Positions 1-6,667 of a stretch of DNA of 11,291 bases are shown here, one piece after another. The translations under genes were made by a program, and so were the position numbers. The DNA is from Methanobacteriaceae archaeon (GTDB lineage Archaea; Methanobacteriota; Methanobacteria; Methanobacteriales; Methanobacteriaceae). The DNA lies in the NCBI GenBank assembly GCA_003558085.1, contig PWMT01000009.1:1-11291 (forward strand), in the 5' to 3' direction. Every line of letters begins with the position of its first letter. Within the stretch, counting starts at the first letter, position 1. The notes below the pieces were generated by a model that did no database searches, was not told the DNA's origin, and worked only from the letters and a program-made list of their open reading frames with translations.

Positions 1-2
1 AA

Positions 3-1046
3 AAATATTTTTTAACTTCCTTTTATATAGAACAGCGTAAAAAATTGAAAATTTTAATAGATGATGATAAACCAGTGGGGGGTAAATGGAGCTATGATAA
101 ACTAAATAGAAAAAAAATCCCTGCAGGTACTTCAATTCCACCAATACCCTCCTTAAAAGAAACCAAAGTGGTTAAAGAGGCTAAAAAATATGTAAATAAA
201 CAATTTCCAGATAATCCAGGTAGTGTAGATGGATTCAATTATCCTACCACCCATCAAGAAGCTTTTAAATGGTTTTTAGATTTTGTAAAACATCGACTCC
301 CCTATTTTGGTGATTATGAAGATGCTATATTGGCGGATGAAACCTCTTTATTTCACTCACTAATATCTTCCTCCTTAAACATAGGACTGGTAACCCCTCA
401 ACAGATTCTAGATGAAGTTCTAAAGGCCCCAAAAATTCCACTAAATTCTTTAGAAGGATTCATTCGCCAAATAATCGGTTGGAGAGAATTCTTAAGGGCA
501 ATTTATCTTAGGGAAGGAGTAAAGCAGAGAACTACCAACTTTCTGAACCATAAAAATAAGATGAATGATAAACTCTACCATGGCCATACCGGTTTAAAAC
601 CCTACGATGCGGTGGTAAAAAGAGTTTTAAAACACGCCTTCACCCATCATATTGAACGGCTGATGATATTGGGTAATTTAATGTTATTGGTTAACTTAGA
701 TCCTGATGAGATCTACCAATGGTTTATGGAGATGTTTATTGATTCCTATGATTGGGTAATGGTACCTAATGTCTATGGTATGAGTCAGTACGCTGATGGA
801 GGAATAATCACCACCAAACCTTATTTCAGCTCCTCTAATTACATACTTAAAATGAGCGACTTTAAAGCAGATAATTGGTGTTTGATTTGGGATGCTCTTT
901 TCTGGAGATTTATGGATGAAAATAGAAAGTTAATTGCTAAAAATCCACGCTTAGCACTTTTAAAACCTAATCTTAAAAAGGAGAAAAAAATGAAGGAGCA
1001 TCGATCAAAGGCCCAATTATTCTTAAAAGAATTATACAGCGAATAA
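3..1046 (+). CDS. Cryptochrome/photolyase family protein, prokaryotic (6-4) photolyase (PhrB/CryB-like) clade; 5'-truncated by the window edge
   Basis: The frame is open from base 3 (KYFLTSFYIEQRKKLKILI...), so the TTG at 45 is internal. Family motifs: PVGGKWSYD..NRK, FGDYEDA, LFHSLIS..LNIGL, EGFIRQIIGWREF, catalytic HHIERLM (645-665), DWVMVPNVYGMSQYADGG, TKPY.SSSNYI.KMSD. Confidence 0.93.
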   Translation, partial: KYFLTSFYIEQRKKLKILIDDDKPVGGKWSYDKLNRKKIPAGTSIPPIPSLKETKVVKEAKKYVNKQFPDNPGSVDGFNYPTTHQEAFKWFLDFVKHRLPYFGDYEDAILADETSLFHSLISSSLNIGLVTPQQILDEVLKAPKIPLNSLEGFIRQIIGWREFLRAIYLREGVKQRTTNFLNHKNKMNDKLYHGHTGLKPYDAVVKRVLKHAFTHHIERLMILGNLMLLVNLDPDEIYQWFMEMFIDSYDWVMVPNVYGMSQYADGGIITTKPYFSSSNYILKMSDFKADNWCLIWDALFWRFMDENRKLIAKNPRLALLKPNLKKEKKMKEHRSKAQLFLKELYSE

Positions 1047-1095
1047 TTTAATATTAATAGCTTTAAAATTTACTTAATAAAATTTTAGACTATCC

Positions 1096-1791
1096 TTACA
1101 TAGTATAATCTAGACTTCCCTGATTGTATAGTTCATTTAAATCTTGATAATGACTTAATTGGAAGGTAGCGTAAGGATTACTAATATAAGTATCTATTAA
1201 ACCCCTTACAATGTAATAATAGGCTGCAGGACGACCATAATATTTCCAGCTTATCTCCACAAAAAGAGGGAAACCGCAACCAGGATTAAAGATAGGATTT
1301 CCTTCCCGGACCGTACCATGATAATACATGGGTATAGGTCCTTCCTGACCATTTCTGCGGGCGATGCTAGTTACATATTCCATAGCCTCATCCAAGGTAT
1401 CAAATTCATATCCATCTGCCCGATAACGATAACGATCGGGAGGGACCCCGAAAAAGAAACTGGAGATCACTTCACTCCCATCAATATCCGTACGATAACT
1501 ATCGGGATTAACAAATGCTAATTGTATGATCATCACATCGTCTTCTAAGTAGCGGCGGTAATTAGAATCACCACCATAATGGACTACCAGGGCACAGGCT
1601 GAACCTCTTTTTTGGGCATGCTGAGCCAGTACTTGTGATTGGGGATGCGCAGGATACATATCTGGATTGGCCATTTTAACAATACCTAAACGACCTACTG
1701 GTTCTACTGGACCTAAACTGGTGACGATGAATAAATAAATTCCAAATATAATAATTATCCCTAAAAAAATGGAAGTTAAAGTTTTAGACAT
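1096..1791 (-). CDS. Hypothetical protein with an N-terminal transmembrane anchor, likely extracytoplasmic
   Basis: 231-aa ORF, GC-richer than its flanks. Hydrophobic N-terminus IFLGIIIIFGIYLFIV. GAGG RBS-like sequence at 1801-1804 on the minus strand. Confidence 0.85.
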   Translation of the reverse strand: MSKTLTSIFLGIIIIFGIYLFIVTSLGPVEPVGRLGIVKMANPDMYPAHPQSQVLAQHAQKRGSACALVVHYGGDSNYRRYLEDDVMIIQLAFVNPDSYRTDIDGSEVISSFFFGVPPDRYRYRADGYEFDTLDEAMEYVTSIARRNGQEGPIPMYYHGTVREGNPIFNPGCGFPLFVEISWKYYGRPAAYYYIVRGLIDTYISNPYATFQLSHYQDLNELYNQGSLDYTM

Positions 1792-1872
1792 TCAATTAAT
1801 CCTCAAATCGATTATTTAATAATTATCCAATAGCCAAATTATAAAAAAGTTTCTTATAAAAATCGTGTTAGC

Positions 1873-1909
1873 TAATAAATAATGTGCTTATTAAACACAC
1901 TACTTATTA
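1873..1909. repeat. Imperfect inverted repeat (14-bp arms, 9-bp spacer) in a divergent intergenic region
   Basis: TAATAAATAATGTG-cttattaaa-CACACTACTTATTA; 12 of 14 positions pair. Confidence 0.6.
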
Positions 1910-1963
1910 AATCTATCGGGAAAAATTCTATCTTATAAAACCCCTGCATTTAACTAGACAAGT

Positions 1964-1993
1964 TTTTTATAATTCAAATCCTATAAATATAAA
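1964..1993 (+). promoter_or_regulatory. Candidate archaeal TATA boxes for the Rieske gene
   Basis: TTTTTATAA (about 1964-1972) and TATAAATATAAA (1982-1993) lie upstream of the GGAG RBS (2071-2074) and ATG 2083. Confidence 0.4.
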
Positions 1994-2082
1994 GAGAGGT
2001 TTACTGGTCCTAGTTTTAAGGGGGAATAGGTGGAATTAGACCTTCCAACCAGCTTAAAAATTATAGTAAAGGAGATGTAATA

Positions 2083-2433
2083 ATGGAAGATTATAGTGAA
2101 TTAGCCAAGGTTGATGATTTGGTTGACGGTGAAATGATAAAACTGTTTGTGGATGGTAAAGAATTACTCTTAGCCCAGGTAGGTGATAAGTATTATTGTG
2201 TGGATAATCGATGTCCTCATCTGGGAGGGGATCTTTCTGCAGGAGAACTAGAGGGAACCGTGGTTACCTGTCCAGTTCATCACAGCCAATTTGACTTAAA
2301 AGATGGTTCGGTGATACGCTGGACTGATTGGTCAGGCATAAAATTAAAATTATCTAATTTATTTAGGTCTCCCCGTACCTTAACCAATCATGATCTGATA
2401 ATAGAGGAGGATACTATTCTAGTAAAAATCTAG
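2083..2433 (+). CDS. Rieske [2Fe-2S] ferredoxin domain protein (NirD/dioxygenase-ferredoxin-like)
   Basis: Rieske motif C-P-H-x16-C-P-V-H followed by SQFDLKDG; AAGGAG RBS before the ATG. Confidence 0.93.
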   Translation: MEDYSELAKVDDLVDGEMIKLFVDGKELLLAQVGDKYYCVDNRCPHLGGDLSAGELEGTVVTCPVHHSQFDLKDGSVIRWTDWSGIKLKLSNLFRSPRTLTNHDLIIEEDTILVKI

Positions 2434-2482
2434 GTTACATATTCTTTAGAGGGAATAGCCTAGTTTGAAAGTAGATAATATA

Positions 2483-2497
2483 TTTTCTATTTTTTTT
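2483..2497 (+). terminator. Oligo-T archaeal terminator for the Rieske gene
   Basis: TTTTCTATTTTTTTT about 50 nt after the stop codon. Confidence 0.45.
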
Positions 2498-2697
2498 GCC
2501 TTAAACAAAAAATTTCTGCCCTTATATTTTTAGGTTAAATATTTATAATAGGTCCATAAAGCAAAAATTTTTTTTAATATTATCCTGTTTTAATCTTAAA
2601 AGTATTTATATATGCTAATATGGTTTTAAGCTATTTATTATTAGTGACTTAAAATAATTATTAATTAAGAATATGAGTTATTATATTAAAAGAAAAG

Positions 2698-3081
2698 TTA
2701 ATAGACTCCTAAACTAGTAAAACTATTTTCTTTTGCAGGAATTTCATACAGATTCGCTGCAGAACTTTCCAAGGTCTTCTCCACATCTTCCTTTTTAAGT
2801 TTTAAAATTAAATTTAGATATAAATTTATAGTCTCAGGAGTGGTTATGATTTCTATTCTTATATTAGAAATTTTTTTCAAGGCCTGTTTGTTGACTTCCA
2901 GTATTTGGGAGGCATTATTTAATTGGATGGAAACCGGTACATTTTCCTGATTAAAATCAATTAATAAATTTTCTTCAATTTCAATAGATTGATAACACTC
3001 GTATTTACCTAAAATATGTATATTGAGGTTGTCGCTTGCTTTATGGTATTCATTTTTTACTAAAAAATAATCACTAGACAT
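2698..3081 (-). CDS. DUF2283-like protein (start more likely ATG 3081 than 3117)
   Basis: Y.KASDNLNI ... YQSIEIEENLLIDFNQENVPVSIQLNNASQIL resembles the DUF2283 pattern YD..AD.LYI...S.E....I.IDFD..G..VGIEI..AS. The upstream extension to 3117 covers a TATA-like tract. Confidence 0.7.
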   Translation of the reverse strand: MSSDYFLVKNEYHKASDNLNIHILGKYECYQSIEIEENLLIDFNQENVPVSIQLNNASQILEVNKQALKKISNIRIEIITTPETINLYLNLILKLKKEDVEKTLESSAANLYEIPAKENSFTSLGVY

Positions 3082-3235
3082 ATATTTCGCCAGTATATAT
3101 TTAGTTAGGAGTAACATTTATAATTATTGTTATATTTTTTTTCAATATTTAGAAAATAAAATAAAATATAATCTATTTGACTGAAAATATTTTAATAAAT
3201 GTAGGTAACTCTACAGGGAGATGTTATGGATTTAT

Positions 3236-3637
3236 TTAGTTCATTATTATTTCACCGGTTTCTGCATCCACCCAGAAAGTACCTTCTGTAATGTTTTCGG
3301 AACGATAAATTAGGGTGACATTCCATACCCAGACCCTTTCTTTATCTGCAGGGACCCAGTCCCTGATGAACTCATCACTCCACCTAAAAAGGGTGGCATT
3401 TACAGATTCAACTTCAAATCCCAATTCTGCTGCTGCTTCTTCTGCTATTTTTTTTGCTTCTTCTTCACTTATAGTAGTCTCTACGGTTCTATCGATCTCA
3501 TTATCATTTACTACCAAGGGGATTTCATTAACCTCATCCATCTCAGCAACTTCATCTAGCATTAATAAAAATGCTGATACTAAACCTATAATTACGATGA
3601 GGACGATTATAAGTGCTAGTATAGTTTTTCGATCCAA
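3236..3637 (-). CDS. Membrane-anchored PepSY domain protein
   Basis: N-terminal TM helix, acidic linker, then PepSY signature ISEEEAKKIA...VWNVTL...FWVDAETGEII. AGGAGGTGA RBS (3642-3650) 4 nt before the TTG start. Confidence 0.88.
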   Translation of the reverse strand: MDRKTILALIIVLIVIIGLVSAFLLMLDEVAEMDEVNEIPLVVNDNEIDRTVETTISEEEAKKIAEEAAAELGFEVESVNATLFRWSDEFIRDWVPADKERVWVWNVTLIYRSENITEGTFWVDAETGEIIMN

Positions 3638-3915
3638 TATTTCACCTCCTAGTATAAACTATCTACTAAGAATCCATGTTAAAAAAAACTATGTAATCTT
3701 TAATATTTATTTTTTCTATAATAAGAAGCGATCTCAGGTCTTTTTTTTAAGAAATTAATATACAATATTTATAAAATTCATGGCAAGATGGTTAATAAAA
3801 AAATATTAGGGAGTATATTTAAAATATAAACAAGGAAGTATCAACACTTCCAGCACCAAATAAACCGCATAAAGGAAACCGGATCATATAAGGAGGGGGC
3901 TTTAAAATATTTGGG

Positions 3916-4320
3916 ATGACCCGCATTCACTTTTTTAAAAAAAGCAGGACGGTTCTTAAGGAAACCAGCCATCAGCTGCTACATATGATTGAAATTAGTG
4001 GTAAAGAAAAAGATGATTTTAATAGAGAAGAACTCTTAGCGCAATGGAATTATATACGCCATGATTTAGAAAACATTTTTTCTACCTATGAAAATATAAG
4101 GCCTCCTATTAAATACGCTTTCTGCTACCGAAGAATACTTAATTTTTTAGTGGATTTACATGAACTGGTAAACTTGAAAACAGAATATTTATCTAAAATA
4201 GAATATTTAGATGAAGAAGAAATTAAGTTATATAGGAAAAAAGCAGCAAATAAAATGGCTTATCTACAATATGAATGTAAAGAGTTAAGCCAAGAAGTTA
4301 AAAAGCAGTTAGAGCAATGA
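3916..4320 (+). CDS. Hypothetical protein, predicted all-helical and cytoplasmic
   Basis: 134-aa ORF with charged amphipathic pattern. AGGAGG at 3891-3896 is rather far from the ATG. No family recognised. Confidence 0.7.
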   Translation: MTRIHFFKKSRTVLKETSHQLLHMIEISGKEKDDFNREELLAQWNYIRHDLENIFSTYENIRPPIKYAFCYRRILNFLVDLHELVNLKTEYLSKIEYLDEEEIKLYRKKAANKMAYLQYECKELSQEVKKQLEQ

Positions 4321-4504
4321 TAAAAACATTCATTAAAGCGGGGGGGATTAAAGTTTTTTTAGGGCGGCAATAGTTTATTACTATTCTGAAGTAAACTTTT
4401 TGCTAGTATACCTTAGCAGATTATTATATGTAAAGTTTTTTTTCTACCAGATTATAATAGCAGTTTATAATAAATATATAATATTAAAGGGGGGTTAAAG
4501 CTTT

Positions 4505-4846
4505 TTGAGCCAAGCAGAGGATATAATTATAACTGAAGATGATGTTCTATCTACTTTGAATATGTTCACTATGGTACCATCTCTACTTTTAGCTAGATGG
4601 GTTTCCCAAAATAAAAACTTGGTAAAAACTTTTGAAGGACAAATACTCCTCTATAAAGATCAATTAAGTCCTGAAGATAGACAAAAAGTAGAAAAGATTT
4701 TAAAAATGCCAGTTAATGAATTACAACTAATCCTGGATAAGGCTTACCTTAGAACTCATAAAAAACAATTAAAAATACTCTCCAGTCCCCAGGCCCGACC
4801 TTTTATTACCACTAATTTAGGGGAACTTAAAAGACTTATAGATTAA
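4505..4846 (+). CDS. Hypothetical protein
   Basis: 113-aa ORF with TTG start, G-rich RBS (4489-4494) and TATA-like TTTATAATAAATATATA (about 4464-4480). Confidence 0.75.
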   Translation: MSQAEDIIITEDDVLSTLNMFTMVPSLLLARWVSQNKNLVKTFEGQILLYKDQLSPEDRQKVEKILKMPVNELQLILDKAYLRTHKKQLKILSSPQARPFITTNLGELKRLID

Positions 4847-5172
4847 TATATATGAATTAAATAATTTATTTGAGCATTTATTTACCTTCTTCTCTTATCC
4901 TGAATTAGTAGGCGTTTTCATGGACGAAAATCAAGCTTATATTTGATGAATAAATTAAACAATTAATAACATAATCTGATATGACAAATATAACTAAATA
5001 AAAGACTAAAAAATCTAACGATTTATACGAAAAACTTAAAATACTCCATTTCTATTACATAAAAATATACTAAGCACCAATAATCATTAAAAAATCTCTT
5101 TCTTAAAAAATAGGCATAATATTTACTTAATTATTAAATCAATATAAAAAAATACTTTTTTTCAGTTAAAGT

Positions 5173-5201
5173 AATAAAATATTAGTTAATTTTAACTAAT
5201 A
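5173..5201 (-). terminator. Hairpin plus U-tract immediately after the stop of the 5202-5549 gene
   Basis: Perfect inverted repeat TATTAGTTAA-tt-TTAACTAATA (5180-5201) followed by TTTTATT on the minus strand. Confidence 0.55.
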
Positions 5202-5549
5202 CTAACTTTCACTATTTCCATTGCCGGGGTCTTGATCAATTGGCTCAGGGTCGGGTGAAGGATCACTAGATTGCGGTGGCCGGCTAGGAGTACTGGGTCG
5301 AGTAGGGGAAGGACCGGAACTGGTAGTATCTTGACGGGTATTTTCAGATGAAGTCAAATCATCCAGCATATCTACATCATCAGCTTCCTCACTACCCTCT
5401 AATTGGAATATTTGGAAAGTATTTAGAAGATCTATCCCTTCAGGATTCGAAGCATCATCTCCTACTACTCCAGGAATCCCATATAAAGCCATACTTAAAA
5501 CTAGTAAGATAGGAATAAGTACTGCTATTAACTTATAATCTTTATCCAT
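5202..5549 (-). CDS. Small membrane-anchored or secreted protein with acidic middle and Ser/Pro/Thr-rich disordered tail
   Basis: Hydrophobic LIAVLIPILLVLSMALYGI; tail TTSSGPSPTRPSTPSRPPQSSDPSPDPEP. GGTGAG RBS (5553-5558) favours ATG 5549 over TTG 5552. Confidence 0.82.
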   Translation of the reverse strand: MDKDYKLIAVLIPILLVLSMALYGIPGVVGDDASNPEGIDLLNTFQIFQLEGSEEADDVDMLDDLTSSENTRQDTTSSGPSPTRPSTPSRPPQSSDPSPDPEPIDQDPGNGNSES

Positions 5550-5567
5550 CAACTCACCATTATTATC

Positions 5568-5645
5568 TAATATATAAGCATTATATATTATTTTCTAATC
5601 TAATTTGTCATAATAAGTTAGGTGGTTAAGGATTTTCTAATCTAA
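5568..5645. promoter_or_regulatory. Promoter region with a perfect palindrome and a 14-bp direct repeat
   Basis: TAATATATAA-gca-TTATATATTA (5568-5590) overlaps the TATA-like box. ATTTTCTAATCTAA occurs at 5590-5603 and 5632-5645. Confidence 0.5.
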
Positions 5646-5671
5646 ATTCTATCCTAATAAAATAATCGTTT

Positions 5672-5681
5672 AAAAAAAAAA
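5672..5681 (-). terminator. T10 tract, candidate terminator of the LCP/DUF4012-like gene
   Basis: A10 on the plus strand, about 90 nt downstream of stop 5768. Confidence 0.4.
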
Positions 5682-5767
5682 TTAATTTCAAATATTAATT
5701 CATTTTTAAAATCTTCTCTAAAAAGAATGTGAAGATTTTATTTATCTACTCGCAGTTTTTAGAAGAT

Positions 5768-6475
5768 TTATTTTAACAGATAATCCAATCCTGCAGATAA
5801 TGCTAATTTTGTAGCCATACTGCGGGGTACAACTAAAACATTACCCTTTACGTAGTGATTGATACCTATCCTTGAGAGGGCTAAAAAATTTTGTTTGTCT
5901 TTACTTGCCTCGAATATAGGATTCATTAAGGATTCTACAGCATCTCCCCGGGACATGCCCTCTTTATGTTGTTGTTCTCTTAAAATTTCGATGGAGTTAC
6001 CAGTTATATATCCTCTACCTGGAACGTATATAGGGCCTACTTCCTGGATCATGTCATCTACTACCTCGGGGGTTACCGCCACTACGGTATCGGTTTTGAT
6101 TCCCGTATGGTATTCGACAATTTCTTGGGCTAGTTTAGTCCCTACTTTAGGGTCAGCATCCCATAGTGAATCATGTAGAACCAGAACACTCAAACCTTGG
6201 GCCTGTACTTCCGGAGGTGCTGGTTCAGTTGGATGATACATTCCTCCGGGATAGATGGGTGTTACTTCTTTTATCTTCATATCCTTTATCTCCAGTGCAA
6301 AGGCCATATCCACACCCCCCAGACCGGGTCTTTGTTCTTCTGGATCAGCACATAAGAGTAGCACGGTTTGATTTTCTATATTTATATCTGAATCTGCCAC
6401 TAAGTACTGATAAGCCAAAAAACCAGTTCCAGCAACTAATAGTAGAAGGAAAATAATTAAAATCTTTTTTAACAT
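5768..6475 (-). CDS. LytR-CpsA-Psr (LCP)/DUF4012-like membrane-anchored extracellular protein
   Basis: N-terminal TM helix. VLLLCAD..EQRPGLGGVDMAF parallels LCP ILLLG.D.R...RSD. EIVEYHTGIKTDTVVAVTPEVVDDMIQEVGPIYV parallels LCP VE...GI.ID.YV.V.F..F...VD..GGV.V. Late Arg residues in LRE and SRG. AGGTG RBS at 6484-6488. Confidence 0.72.
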   Translation of the reverse strand: MLKKILIIFLLLLVAGTGFLAYQYLVADSDINIENQTVLLLCADPEEQRPGLGGVDMAFALEIKDMKIKEVTPIYPGGMYHPTEPAPPEVQAQGLSVLVLHDSLWDADPKVGTKLAQEIVEYHTGIKTDTVVAVTPEVVDDMIQEVGPIYVPGRGYITGNSIEILREQQHKEGMSRGDAVESLMNPIFEASKDKQNFLALSRIGINHYVKGNVLVVPRSMATKLALSAGLDYLLK

Positions 6476-6667
6476 TTAGTAAACACCTGAGTATTGATAA
6501 TCTAATGCTTAAATTATAATTTGAATAATAGAATAAATTATTCTGATATTTATTTTCATAATAAGTTAAGTTTTTTTACTTTATTTCTATGCTTACCTAT
6601 TTAAATTTATCCAAATACAATCTAGTTAAAGATAATTCTTTATAATAGGAAACTTTTTTTTAGTAAG

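Noticed and set aside
45..47. TTG start given for the photolyase ORF
   Set aside because: The frame is open to the window edge and upstream residues (FYIEQRK) match the family, so the true start is outside the window.
1318..1521. 67-aa plus-strand ORF
   Set aside because: Lies fully antisense within the 1096-1791 gene and has no motif.
1878..1892. dif/Xer-like AATAA-tgtgc-TTATT
   Set aside because: The spacer is 5 bp rather than 6, and the outer arms do not fit a dif site.
3315..3758. 147-aa plus-strand ORF
   Set aside because: Ser-rich antisense shadow of the Glu-rich PepSY gene, which has the strong RBS and the domain signature.
4847..5172. Long convergent intergenic region as an sRNA or pseudogene
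   Set aside because: Very AT-rich. I found only tiny ORFs (e.g. 8 codons at 4920) and a weak 5-bp stem, so nothing is supportable.
5859..6456. Plus-strand ORFs 5859-6236 and 6166-6456
   Set aside because: Antisense shadows of the LCP-like gene with no independent support.
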